NCBI GenBank assembly: GCA_002898355.1
Contig: BEHD01000010.1
Span: 2,637-66,636, forward strand
Direction of reading: 5' to 3'
From: an archaeon HR01
GTDB lineage: Archaea; Thermoproteota; Nitrososphaeria_A; Caldarchaeales; Caldarchaeaceae
DNA length: 64,000 nt
Made by a program: the position numbers and the translations under genes. The notes beneath the pieces were generated by a model. That model ran no database searches. It was given only the letters and a program-made list of their open reading frames with translations, and was not told the DNA's origin. The first letter of the stretch is position 1. The number at the start of each line of letters is the position of its first letter. Positions 26,358 through 36,588 of the stretch are shown piece by piece.

Positions 26358-29084
26358 CTATATTCGCGGTATCCTTCTAGGAGTCTCCCTCGGACGTGGG
26401 GTTTCAGGCCTTCTCTGCCCGTAGCTCCTCTGCCGTGGCGTTCTAGCCCTCGGCCTTCCCCATCTCAGGAGGCTCACCACCGAAGAAGCTGAAACCGCCG
26501 CTGTGGCACCCAAGACGATTCCCTGATTCTGGAGATTGTCAATCACATGTACCAATGTGAGGGCTTTGTTCTGACGGAGTTTATATATGGATGAGTAGGT
26601 GTACTCTCCGATCTTGGTCACCCAGTCATAGTCTCCCTCCGCCGCATAGATGACGGATTCCCCTGTCTCATCGGTTTCTCCCCCTGTAATCTCCTTTCCA
26701 TCCCTTGAAAGCTTTATCTCGGCTCCTGATACAGGCTGTCCGTCAGGTGTAATGACGCGGACCTCGACCCTATAGACCTTAGCCTCTACAGTTACGACAC
26801 CAGACTGAGCCACCGAAACAACCTGGGAGGCGACATTGGTGTCTTGATAGAATACGTCAAGGGTGAAGTCTCCTTTGGGCAGTTTAATTTCGCTCCTCCC
26901 ACCTGCGTCTGTCACCGCCTGACCTACAAGCTTATTGGATGTGGACGCCTTCACCTGTGACCCTGCCAACGAGGTGCCGTCAGCCCGTTTCACCTCAACA
27001 GTGAGGTAGTAAACAGATACCTGCACCCTCACAGCATCCTCATCTAAACTGAAGGCTACAGGCCTGTCATAGACGGTGAACCCTAGATAGGTGACTGTTG
27101 TCCTGTAGGACCCTGCCGGTATGTTCTCAAACCTCACCTTACCATCTGAGACCTCACCTGAGAACCTTGCTCTGCCTAAGACTATCTCGGCCTCACCTGA
27201 CTCGAGAGGTGTAGACTCGCTATCCACCACCTCCAGGACGGCGTCCACGACAGACTTTGCGTTGATTTTGAATGTTTTGGATGCGTCAACATTTATCTCC
27301 TCACTGTGCACCGGTATGCCTAGATATTCTACGGATATGCTGTATCGTCCGACTGGCAGGTTTCTGAAGTTTGCTCCCTCCGTTGGGCCTGTCTCGTTTG
27401 ATTCCACTATGTTTCCAGCCTGCAAAACTATGGTTGCGCCTTCAAGATGTTTTTCCCCATCGGAGTCATAGACATCCAACACAATGTTATAGACCTTAGT
27501 TAGCAAGTTATCCTCTATGTTTTCCCTCAGCTCTATTTCCTGCGGGTCTAGGACTCGTATTCCCCTATACTCCACGTAGAACCTGTAGGATATTGGTATG
27601 AGTCCTGATACCTCAACAACACCGTCATCACCAGCTTCAACAACTCCCAAATCTACGCCGTCACTGGATGAGAGGAATAGCCTCCCGGATATTGGTTCAC
27701 CATCCGCATTCAATATATGTAAAATAAGAGTGTTGAGCTTGGGTGTGATAGTAATCCTCTTATTCTCGCTGTCCACGTCTACCTGTCCGGTCCCGATTAC
27801 GTATGGTCCCCTAGATATCTCGTAGCTATAGCGTCCTCCAGGCACGTTGTTGAAAGATATCCCATAATCCCTCGTGGTCCCGCTCACTGTGAAGACGCTA
27901 CCCAGCTGCAGGGTGATATCTACGCTTCCGATAAGCTTCTCGCTCGGTGTTTTAGGCGCCTCAACCCGTACTATGATGTCGTAAAACCGGGCTTGAACAC
28001 GAGTGTCTGCTGGAACACTTACCGGCCCCCTGAATACCTCATTGTCACCAATCTTTAGAACAAGTGTGTAGGTGCGGGGTTTAACGAAGCCAAACGACAG
28101 GATTCCTGATGTGGTTGATGCTTCGCTATAACGTGTGCTATCCCTCAAAAGTTCGGCTGAAAGCCTATACTGGGAGCCGGATATCACATCTGCTCCATCC
28201 ATATCATACACAGTTACACTGTAGCGGGTGAGGTCTGTTTTAGCGTTATAGGTTCGGCCGGCTCCGGAGATTTCGATTAGACTTGGTGAGGAAAAGACGT
28301 TTTCACCCTTGTATTCGACCTCCAGATAGTAGTTCCCGTCTGGGAGTAGATCAAGCCTAACAACCCCTCCACTGTCTGTCTCACCCGACGCAAAACCTGT
28401 TGTATTTCCCGATTGTTTGACGCCATACCATACCCTGACTATAGCGGATGGAACTCCAGCCCCAGGGTCTGAACTGTCCAAGACGTTGACTGTTAGGCGG
28501 TGGAGCCCAGCTGTTATCCTCAAAGTTCCTCCGGTGAAGGCTCTGGGAGATTCCCCTACAGCATGGCCTCTGTAAAACACTTTCACGTTGTAGGTTGTGT
28601 AGGGCATGAGTGGTAGGGAAGCCCTTCCACTGGTGTCTGTTGTGGTGTTGTTGGTTAGGGAGGCACCATATTCAAGGACGAGGCTGGCCCTCGGCACGGG
28701 AACACCGGTCTCCGATTCAACCTGTATAACCATAGTGGAGACGTTTACATTAAGCGGCACCACATACGGTGAACTCGGGTCTACCTCGGAAGCGTTGACT
28801 ATCCTATTATAAACCGTTATCCCCCTAAACTCCACCGTAACTGTGTTGCTGGCTTTTGGGTTAGCGTTTATTACCGCCTGCCCAGATTCATCAGTTGTGG
28901 TTGAACCTGTTCCATTAAGTTTTACTATTGCCCCTTTTATCGGTGTTGAGCCGTCGGCGGTCCGGACGACATATCTGATATTCTCCGTCGCCGCCAAGAC
29001 TGGCTGTGAGCCCGTGATTAGGAGAATTAGTGATAAGAGCAGTGTGACCGCTAATAATATCGCCGGTGTCCTCGACAGGGCCAT
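26358..29084 (-). CDS. large secreted surface protein, paralog of 5983..8502 (repeated beta-sandwich domains)
   Basis: 908 aa. Signal peptide MALSRTPAILLAVTLLLSLILLITGSQPVLA. About 9 repeat modules. C-terminal hydrophobic segment plus Arg-rich tail ending RRIPRI. Confidence 0.6.
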   Translation of the reverse strand: MALSRTPAILLAVTLLLSLILLITGSQPVLAATENIRYVVRTADGSTPIKGAIVKLNGTGSTTTDESGQAVINANPKASNTVTVEFRGITVYNRIVNASEVDPSSPYVVPLNVNVSTMVIQVESETGVPVPRASLVLEYGASLTNNTTTDTSGRASLPLMPYTTYNVKVFYRGHAVGESPRAFTGGTLRITAGLHRLTVNVLDSSDPGAGVPSAIVRVWYGVKQSGNTTGFASGETDSGGVVRLDLLPDGNYYLEVEYKGENVFSSPSLIEISGAGRTYNAKTDLTRYSVTVYDMDGADVISGSQYRLSAELLRDSTRYSEASTTSGILSFGFVKPRTYTLVLKIGDNEVFRGPVSVPADTRVQARFYDIIVRVEAPKTPSEKLIGSVDITLQLGSVFTVSGTTRDYGISFNNVPGGRYSYEISRGPYVIGTGQVDVDSENKRITITPKLNTLILHILNADGEPISGRLFLSSSDGVDLGVVEAGDDGVVEVSGLIPISYRFYVEYRGIRVLDPQEIELRENIEDNLLTKVYNIVLDVYDSDGEKHLEGATIVLQAGNIVESNETGPTEGANFRNLPVGRYSISVEYLGIPVHSEEINVDASKTFKINAKSVVDAVLEVVDSESTPLESGEAEIVLGRARFSGEVSDGKVRFENIPAGSYRTTVTYLGFTVYDRPVAFSLDEDAVRVQVSVYYLTVEVKRADGTSLAGSQVKASTSNKLVGQAVTDAGGRSEIKLPKGDFTLDVFYQDTNVASQVVSVAQSGVVTVEAKVYRVEVRVITPDGQPVSGAEIKLSRDGKEITGGETDETGESVIYAAEGDYDWVTKIGEYTYSSIYKLRQNKALTLVHVIDNLQNQGIVLGATAAVSASSVVSLLRWGRPRARTPRQRSYGQRRPETPRPRETPRRIPRI

Positions 29085-29172
29085 GCCACTACATCTTCCT
29101 GCCCGTAATTTAACATATCATCCTTCGATATTTCTATAGTGTTACAGATATATTTTATCTGTAACTCCTGCA

Positions 29173-29688
29173 TTATCTTGACTCCGCTGCAATAGTGTCG
29201 AGGGTCCATTTAACCGAGTTAACTATCTCCCTCAACCGGTTATCGTCCCTGTAATTCTTCACTATCACCTCCCTAGCTGTCTCGCCATCGTAGATTACCT
29301 CATAGTCAAGCCCTGACCCCGGCTCCATCTTCCCCTCCTCAATCTTTTGACGGTCAGATTCCTTCATCGAGTCAAGAACCTTCCGGAGTAGAAATGAGCT
29401 GAAGGGCCTCATATCCTGGGTTACTCTTATCTCGGGGTTAAAGACTATACGGGCCTGATGCGGCTCAACGGTCATAGTGGCTAGGAGTGTTCCCGTCCTC
29501 CCACGTATCCGTCTCATCGGCTGCTCCGGGAGCTGTGGTTTTCTGAAGCTTTTATCCGTAAGCGCTTTATCAACCAGTTCCAGCATCCCTTTCACATGCT
29601 CTGCCTCCCTATCTAGCTCTGCCAGCCGTCTCTCGAGATACGTCTTCAGCTCGGCCAGCCGTTTGACCTCGGGGTCATCTTCTCCCAT
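29173..29688 (-). CDS. hypothetical coiled-coil protein, co-oriented 3' of DNA ligase
   Basis: 171 aa. N-terminal coiled coil (KRLAELKTYLERRLAELDREAEHVK). No recognised family. 42 bp downstream of lig on the same strand. Confidence 0.4.
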   Translation of the reverse strand: MGEDDPEVKRLAELKTYLERRLAELDREAEHVKGMLELVDKALTDKSFRKPQLPEQPMRRIRGRTGTLLATMTVEPHQARIVFNPEIRVTQDMRPFSSFLLRKVLDSMKESDRQKIEEGKMEPGSGLDYEVIYDGETAREVIVKNYRDDNRLREIVNSVKWTLDTIAAESR

Positions 29689-29730
29689 GCCATTTAAAGA
29701 TGATATGTCGCCGTCCTTAAACTTTGCTCT

Positions 29731-31500
29731 CTACCTTTCCTCAGACACCTTCGCCTCAATCCTCTTCAGCTGCCTTCTATACATCTCAAGGATCTCCTTA
29801 GAGGTGGTGGCATCTTCAGCCTTCCTATCATCCCTGTACCTGCCAGTATAGCGGGGGAACCGGATGGCCAGTCCGTGGCCCGCCTTGATGCTGTCCTTAG
29901 CGCATGTATGGGTAGGGCTGAGGGTAATCTCGGCGCCGATTATCTCAAGGACTATCCTGGGGTCCACCCAGACATCGGCCTCCAAAACCGTCTCAAGCCT
30001 CGGACTAGGATGTCCAAGCCTGTTGCTGTTGACGAGGTTCGTGAAGTATTCCAGGTCCTCATCCTTGAATCCAGAACCTACTTTACAGACCGTCTGGAAG
30101 ACGTCTCTCTCATCATCATATGACGCCATCAGCAATGCACCGTATCTTCCGGTTCTACGACCCCGACCATGGAATGCTCCGACAACCACAAGGTCCACAG
30201 TATCTATCATCTCGCTTCGGTAATCCCGTTTATATTTGATCCACTGCCAACCGCGGGCTCCGGCCCTATAGACCGAGTCCTCACCAACCGACTTGGCTAT
30301 CACACCTTCGCATCCCAGCTCAACAGCTTCATTGAAGAGTTTATCAAGATCCTCAGGTGTTGTGACAAGCTTTCCATAGCTTAGTTTTACAGTTTCTGAG
30401 GGTTTAACTATCTTTTCTAGGGCTGTTCTCCTTTCCAGAAATGTTGAGTTCGTCAAGTCCCTGCCGTCGAGATATAGTAGATCGAAGAAGTATAGGGTTA
30501 TGGGGTATTCCTCCACTGCTTTCTCGATCTCTTTTTTCCTCCTCCTATGCATCAGCTCTTGGAAGGGTAGCATCTCCCCGGTGTCTAGGGAGACGGGGAC
30601 AGCCTCACACTCCATTATGGCCTCATCGGCTTCTATGTTGGATAGGACGGCGGATACGACATCTGGATACTGGGAGGTGATATTTTCCTGCCGTCTAGAA
30701 AATATGAGGACCGTTTCACGGGACTTGTGGATCTGCATCCTCTCACCATCATATTTGTGCTCGACAAACGCCCTACCATCCGTCTTCAACAGAATCTCTT
30801 CAGCTGTGGAGAGTCGCTCAGCTAGCATGCACCGTACAGGGACACCCACGCGTATCCTGAAATCACGTATCCCATTCAAACCTTCCAAGGCAGCTGTCTT
30901 GGCTACGAGTCCGATGTCGGAGCTTAGGTTGTAGGCCCTCTCGAATTCCTCCTTGGAGCCTCCGAATACTTTGGCGAGAGCCTCGAGGATGGTCATATCA
31001 GCAACACCTAGCCTCATGTTCCCGGTAACAATCCTTAGAATATGCTTGGCCTCCACAGGAGACGTTTGAGAGAGAATTCTAGAGAGTATGGCCAGTTTAG
31101 TCTCCTGGGCCCCGGGGCCAGAAGCCTTCGCAATCTGCTCAAGACTACTATATACATACTCTACCGTCAGTTCTTGGAAGGATAGGGTGGTCTGCGCCTT
31201 CTGGCCGAGAAGTATCAAGGCTACAGAGCCTACATCTCCGTGCTGAGCATAAAGTTGGGAGATTGTCGTCTCTCTAGCTCCTGAGACTCTCTGCACCGCC
31301 TTCAAAGCCAGCTTCTCAGCCACCCCAAGCTCGAGACCCCTATATGCGGGATAGACCTCCCCCAAAGTCATATAAGCGACTTTGTCCATTAGCTCCGGCG
31401 GTGTCTTGGAAAAGAGTTCTGAGAGAATATCGATCATCTCCAGCCTTTTAGTGGTGGCTTCAAGCTTTTCATAATATGAGGCCAGAACAGCGAATAACAT
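29731..31500 (-). CDS. lig: ATP-dependent DNA ligase
   Basis: Adenylation motif KYDGERMQIH (KxDG), OB domain and DNA-binding domain. 589 aa. Confidence 0.9.
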   Translation of the reverse strand: MLFAVLASYYEKLEATTKRLEMIDILSELFSKTPPELMDKVAYMTLGEVYPAYRGLELGVAEKLALKAVQRVSGARETTISQLYAQHGDVGSVALILLGQKAQTTLSFQELTVEYVYSSLEQIAKASGPGAQETKLAILSRILSQTSPVEAKHILRIVTGNMRLGVADMTILEALAKVFGGSKEEFERAYNLSSDIGLVAKTAALEGLNGIRDFRIRVGVPVRCMLAERLSTAEEILLKTDGRAFVEHKYDGERMQIHKSRETVLIFSRRQENITSQYPDVVSAVLSNIEADEAIMECEAVPVSLDTGEMLPFQELMHRRRKKEIEKAVEEYPITLYFFDLLYLDGRDLTNSTFLERRTALEKIVKPSETVKLSYGKLVTTPEDLDKLFNEAVELGCEGVIAKSVGEDSVYRAGARGWQWIKYKRDYRSEMIDTVDLVVVGAFHGRGRRTGRYGALLMASYDDERDVFQTVCKVGSGFKDEDLEYFTNLVNSNRLGHPSPRLETVLEADVWVDPRIVLEIIGAEITLSPTHTCAKDSIKAGHGLAIRFPRYTGRYRDDRKAEDATTSKEILEMYRRQLKRIEAKVSEER

Positions 31501-31639
31501 CCCCCAATAACCTTCGACATCCTAGATAAAAATATGGTATGGGGGACATCTCAAATAATATATCTTTTCCATAAATGCTGAGGGTTAAAAATAAAGAATA
31601 TTTAATAGGTAAGGCGAGGACGCATAGCATCGAGAACTA
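31501..31639. promoter_or_regulatory. AT-rich divergent promoter region between lig and mptA
   Basis: Multiple TATA-like boxes (ataaaaatatgg, ttaaaaataaagaatatttaatagg) between divergently oriented start codons. Confidence 0.4.
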
Positions 31640-32530
31640 TTGGACTTGAGTCATGTAGATGTTCAGTCTGAGAGGCCACGCCACCCCATCCCAGTCGACT
31701 GGGTCAGCGTCTCCAATCTAAGGATTCCATTTCATAAACTAGAAGATGACGGGGTCAGACTCGCCTCGGCACCAGTAATAAGCGCTGGGATAGGTCTCCC
31801 AAAGCATCAGAGGGGAATCCACGCATCTAGAACCTATGAGGCGATCACATCTGTTTTGTCTGATCTAGACCTTCATGGCATACGGCTCGGCGGGGATGTG
31901 GTGGGTGAGATAGCCCGTAAGATGTTAAGTCTCCACTCCTATGGCTCTGTATCGAGGGTCGTCGTCAAGGCAGAAGCCTTCTACTGGGATAAGACGCCTG
32001 TCTCCAACCTAAGCTCTCTTCAAAGCTTTCATCTAATCTATAGGGCTGACGGACAAAGGCTTGGAGACTCGATACATGTCAAGGATTTTATCGGTGTAAA
32101 AGTTGCAGGGATGACGGCGTGTCCATGCGCAAAGGAGGTTATCAAAAAAATATACAACATAGACGACACACCTCTTCCTATCGGAACACATATGCAGCGT
32201 AGTTTCGCCAAAGTCATAGTTCAGAATGGGTACGGCATCAAACTAAGCGACTTGCTGGGCCTAGTTAGGAGCTGTTTCAGCAACAGAACAGTAGAGTATT
32301 TGAAGAGAATCGATGAGGCAAAGCTTGTGGCAGATGCTTTGGAGAGGCCCAGATTTGTGGAGGACGTAGCAAGAGATATCGTCCACAACATCGTCACCGT
32401 ATATAGTCACATACCCGACGATAACAAGATATTCGTATGGGTGAAATCACTCGAAAGCATACATGAACATAATTTGGAGGCTCGAATCTGTATTAGTTTC
32501 GGAGAAGCTAGACGTCATATAGGATTCTGA
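31640..32530 (+). CDS. mptA: GTP cyclohydrolase FolE2/MptA family (GTP cyclohydrolase IB)
   Basis: About 300 aa DUF198 architecture with metal-binding TACPCAKE motif (CPCS/A box of FolE2/MptA). Confidence 0.6.
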   Translation: MDLSHVDVQSERPRHPIPVDWVSVSNLRIPFHKLEDDGVRLASAPVISAGIGLPKHQRGIHASRTYEAITSVLSDLDLHGIRLGGDVVGEIARKMLSLHSYGSVSRVVVKAEAFYWDKTPVSNLSSLQSFHLIYRADGQRLGDSIHVKDFIGVKVAGMTACPCAKEVIKKIYNIDDTPLPIGTHMQRSFAKVIVQNGYGIKLSDLLGLVRSCFSNRTVEYLKRIDEAKLVADALERPRFVEDVARDIVHNIVTVYSHIPDDNKIFVWVKSLESIHEHNLEARICISFGEARRHIGF

Positions 32531-32531
32531 G

Positions 32532-33323
32532 TTGGACCTGGGCCGCTGGCTAGAAATATACCGGGAAATATGTGATATACTCAGGATAGACCCCCGTAAG
32601 GATATAGAGGCTGCAACAATTTTGGCAGATATAATCCATGATAGATGTCTAAGCAGACGTGAGATAGTGGAGCTCCTAGGTGTTCGGAGGGCTGTGGCCA
32701 TATTTGGTGCCGGTCCTTCACTGGTTAAGGACCTTTCAAAAGCGCTCCCGGTTATAGAGAAGGAGGAGGTTTTGAAAATTGCCGTTGACGGCGCATGCCG
32801 TGCTTTCCTCGAGAAAGGCATAGTCCCAGACGTGGTTGTAACAGACCTAGATGGAGGTGATGAATATCTCGAGAGGTGCTCGATGTTGGGATCACTTATG
32901 GTGGTACACGCCCACGGAGACAACATATCCAGCCTGCTGAGAGTGGTGCCTAATCTCAGGGGTCCGATACTTGGAACGACGCAGACTAAGGTGGTCCCGC
33001 CGTTAGAAAACTTCGGCGGCTTCACAGACGGCGATAGGGCGGTCTGCATGTTTGAAGAGCTGGGATATGACACTATTATTATAGCTGGTATGGACTTCGG
33101 TACGGAGATAGGGCAATTTTCCAAGCCCTTACCCCCCACAGCTGAATTTCTCAACAGAAAGATAGTGAAGCTGAAGATAGGCCGTAAAATTCTAGAAAAT
33201 CTGGCCTGTATTTCGAGGGCCAGCTTCTACGATTTAACGGCCAATTCTTCGGATATACCGGGGTTCAGGAAGCTAGGATGGGAGGATATCTATGAAATGC
33301 TTATGAGCGGCCGTATGAGGTAG
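32532..33323 (+). CDS. mptE: DUF115-family protein, probable 6-hydroxymethyl-7,8-dihydropterin pyrophosphokinase (MptE-like)
   Basis: AIFGAGPSL and VVVTDLDGG motifs of DUF115. Immediately 3' of the mptA-like gene. Confidence 0.5.
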   Translation: MDLGRWLEIYREICDILRIDPRKDIEAATILADIIHDRCLSRREIVELLGVRRAVAIFGAGPSLVKDLSKALPVIEKEEVLKIAVDGACRAFLEKGIVPDVVVTDLDGGDEYLERCSMLGSLMVVHAHGDNISSLLRVVPNLRGPILGTTQTKVVPPLENFGGFTDGDRAVCMFEELGYDTIIIAGMDFGTEIGQFSKPLPPTAEFLNRKIVKLKIGRKILENLACISRASFYDLTANSSDIPGFRKLGWEDIYEMLMSGRMR

Positions 33324-33371
33324 CTGGGCCGGCAAAAGACAAATTATCCTAGAAAACATGATGGGGCGGAT

Positions 33372-36300
33372 ATGTTGGAGGACCTGAGACGATACGAGCC
33401 GGTGGAGCTGGAGAAGAGGATATCTGACTTGTGGAGGGAGAGGGATATCCCTGTTAAGGTTCTGTCCTACAGGTCTGGCGCCCCCCTATACGCCTTTCTC
33501 GAAGGGCCACCAACCGTAAACGGCTTCATGCATGTGGGCCATGCCCGTGGAAGGGTCTACAAAGACATCGTGCTGCGCTACAAGTCTATGAGAGGGTTTG
33601 ACGTATGGCGTAGAGCTGGGTGGGACTGCCAAGGTCTTCCCACGGAACTGGAGGTAGAGAAAAGACTTCAGATATCAAGTAAGAAGGACCTTGAGAGGAT
33701 TGGGCTGGAGAAGTTCGTTGAGGAAGCCAATAGAGTGATAGACTACTATATTAGCCATTGGAGGGCTGCCAGCGAGAAGCTAGGCCTGTGGCTGGACTAT
33801 GATAATGCCTACGAGACTAGGAGGAACGAGTATATGGAGCATGTCTGGGCTCTTCTCAAGCATGCCCATAGCATGGGCGACTTGGTGGAGAGCCTGCGGG
33901 TTGTCCCTACATGTCCTCACTGTGAGACGCCTTTGTCACAGCATGAGTTGGCCCAAGGATATGAGGATATTGTCGACCCCTCTGTATACGTCAAATTCCC
34001 GACATCTGAGGCTAACACCTACATAGTGATTTGGACAACTACTCCGTGGACGCTTCCAGGTAACGAGTCTGTGGCTGTAAACCCCGAAAGCAGGTATGTC
34101 GTCCTAGAGACGGGTGGTGAGAGGTGGATAGTGGCTGAGCCCGCTCTACAGAGATTCGCCTCCGAAACAGGGTTGTCCAGCTGCCGTGTCGTTGAGGTTA
34201 GAGATGGGGCCCAGCTTGTAGGCCTCACCTATAGACATCCTCTAGAGGATGAGGTCCCATACCATAAGGGTCACACGCATCAAGTGATAGCGGGGCATCA
34301 TGTCTCAATGGAGGAGGGGACGGGGTGTGTCCACATTGCACCTGCCCACGGCCCCGATGATTTCGAGCTGGCACAAGAAAACGGCCTACCAGTTTTCTGT
34401 CCTGTATCCGCCTCGGGAATCTTCACATCTGAGGGTGGAAGATATGAAGGGCTCTCTGTCGATGAGGCATCCAAGATGATCCTAGAAGATCTCAAGGTGA
34501 AGGGGTTGCTGGTGAAGAGTGGGGAGATACTGCATAGCTACCCACTATGCTGGAGATGCGGCACCAAGCTCATATATCTAGCTAGTGTCCAGTGGTTTTT
34601 AAAAGTTGATAGGATAAAAAATGCTATGGTCGAGGGTAACAAGAGCGTGAAATGGTGGCCAGAATGGGCTGGTAGAAACAGGTTTGGTGAATGGCTTGCC
34701 AACGCAGATGATTGGTGTATCAGCAGGACGAAGGTCTGGGGCACACCTCTTCCTGTATGGCGTTGTGAATCATGCGGTAACAAGAGGGTGGTAGGTTCTA
34801 GGAACGAGCTTGAAGAAGCGGTGGAAAAGCCGAGCAATCCAGACCTCCACAGGCCATGGATAGACCAATACATCTTCAAATGCAGTTCCTGTGGAGGGCC
34901 TATGCGGCGTCTCCCCTTTGTCTTAGATACATGGCTTGACTCGGGTGTTGCCCATCTCGCCAGTGTTAACGGCCTCCACGACCCTCAGCTATTCCAGAGA
35001 CTCTTCCCCTACGACTTTGTCACGGAGGCTATAGACCAGACACGGGGGTGGTTTTATACTCTCCTCTTCACATCCACACTACTTTATGGAAGACCGCCCT
35101 ACAAGTCTGTTCTCAACCAAGGCCATGTCCTGGACGAATACGGGAAGAAAATGTCAAAATCGAGGGGTAACGTCATATGGGCTGTGGATGCCTTTGAGAA
35201 GTATGGTGTGGACCCTCTACGAATCTATCTGGTCTATAAGGCTGAGCCATGGAGCACGATAAATTTTGTACCTTCAGAGATAGCCTTGGTGAGGGAGCAG
35301 CTGAACATTCTCTGGAACATATTCAGTTTTGCATCCACATACTTTAGCCTAGACAATTACAAGCCGTGGGAGCACAGCCCTAGAGACTATCTCGACAGCC
35401 TTCTCCCGGAGGATAGGTGGATTCTAACAAGGGTTAACACGGTTGTGGGGCAGGTCACCCGATTTTTGGAGGATATGGAGATTAACAAGGCGGCCAAAAC
35501 CCTCCTGGACTTTATAGTGGAGGACATCAGCAGGACCTATATCAGGGCGATAAGAAGGCGTGCATGGAGTGAGAAGGCATCCAGGGAGAAGCTGGCAGCC
35601 TATACATGTCTCAGCTATGCTCTGAGGAAGACCGTTCAGATGTTAGCACCCTTCGCCCCCTACCTGGCTGAGGCCCTATACATCCGAGTCCGAGGCCCTC
35701 AAGAACCGGAGAGCATCCATCTTTCGGACTGGCCCTCTGTGGACAGTGATCTCACCTGGCCCGATGTGGAGGAGAATATGGAGGTGATGAGGGAGGCCCT
35801 GACAGCAATATTGGCCGCCAGACAGAGAGCTGGAAGGAAGCTAAGAACCCCCGTCCAAAGGATAATCATATCCCCTAAAACACCTGAAGCTCTAAAAGCT
35901 CTCAAATATTTCGAAGACTACCTCATGGCCTCCTCCAACTGCAGAAGGCTGCAGATACTGGATATTGGCGGTGTTCCTGATGAGGTAGGGTGGGAGCTCC
36001 AGCCCAACCTCAAGGTTTTAGGGCCTAAACTGGGTAGGAGGCTTCCGCTCCTACAGGAGAAGCTGAAAATGCTGGAGGCGAGAGAGGTGTTGGACCAGCT
36101 CCGAGCCGGCAGTATCTATATAGGACTGGATGATGCCAGCGGGGTTAACCTACAGCCTGGCGACTTGGTCGTCAAAGAACTGATACCCCCCAACTTCTCC
36201 ACCGGCGAATGCAGTAGCTGCAAGGTATATGTTGATACGGAGCTCCCCACCGAGCTCGGAGCTGTTGCCGCGGCCAACGAGGTTATCCGCAGGATACAGT

Positions 36301-36530
36301 TGATGAGGAAGGAGGCCGACCTCAACGTCTTGGACAGGATTGAATGTATAGTCAAGGTGGGAGACAGGGATTTCGCCCGCAGCCTCATAGCACAGACGGA
36401 ATACATCGAGGAGGAAACCAGGTCTAGACTTGAGGTGGTTATAGAAGATTTGGATAGGGTCGAGGGGTTCCACTGGAGGAGTTGGAAGATTGACGGCGTT
36501 GATACCTTGATAGGGATCAGGAAAGTTTAG
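33372..36530 (+). CDS. ileS: isoleucyl-tRNA synthetase
   Basis: Class I HIGH (HVGHA), KMSKS (KKMSKSRGN), GWDCQGLP. CP1 editing insertion. 1052 aa, typical archaeal IleRS length. Confidence 0.85.
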   Translation: MLEDLRRYEPVELEKRISDLWRERDIPVKVLSYRSGAPLYAFLEGPPTVNGFMHVGHARGRVYKDIVLRYKSMRGFDVWRRAGWDCQGLPTELEVEKRLQISSKKDLERIGLEKFVEEANRVIDYYISHWRAASEKLGLWLDYDNAYETRRNEYMEHVWALLKHAHSMGDLVESLRVVPTCPHCETPLSQHELAQGYEDIVDPSVYVKFPTSEANTYIVIWTTTPWTLPGNESVAVNPESRYVVLETGGERWIVAEPALQRFASETGLSSCRVVEVRDGAQLVGLTYRHPLEDEVPYHKGHTHQVIAGHHVSMEEGTGCVHIAPAHGPDDFELAQENGLPVFCPVSASGIFTSEGGRYEGLSVDEASKMILEDLKVKGLLVKSGEILHSYPLCWRCGTKLIYLASVQWFLKVDRIKNAMVEGNKSVKWWPEWAGRNRFGEWLANADDWCISRTKVWGTPLPVWRCESCGNKRVVGSRNELEEAVEKPSNPDLHRPWIDQYIFKCSSCGGPMRRLPFVLDTWLDSGVAHLASVNGLHDPQLFQRLFPYDFVTEAIDQTRGWFYTLLFTSTLLYGRPPYKSVLNQGHVLDEYGKKMSKSRGNVIWAVDAFEKYGVDPLRIYLVYKAEPWSTINFVPSEIALVREQLNILWNIFSFASTYFSLDNYKPWEHSPRDYLDSLLPEDRWILTRVNTVVGQVTRFLEDMEINKAAKTLLDFIVEDISRTYIRAIRRRAWSEKASREKLAAYTCLSYALRKTVQMLAPFAPYLAEALYIRVRGPQEPESIHLSDWPSVDSDLTWPDVEENMEVMREALTAILAARQRAGRKLRTPVQRIIISPKTPEALKALKYFEDYLMASSNCRRLQILDIGGVPDEVGWELQPNLKVLGPKLGRRLPLLQEKLKMLEAREVLDQLRAGSIYIGLDDASGVNLQPGDLVVKELIPPNFSTGECSSCKVYVDTELPTELGAVAAANEVIRRIQLMRKEADLNVLDRIECIVKVGDRDFARSLIAQTEYIEEETRSRLEVVIEDLDRVEGFHWRSWKIDGVDTLIGIRKV

Positions 36531-36588
36531 ACCGCAACACTTATAACTATCTTATCGGAATTGGCTAGAAGCGGAGCGGCGTAGCAGA

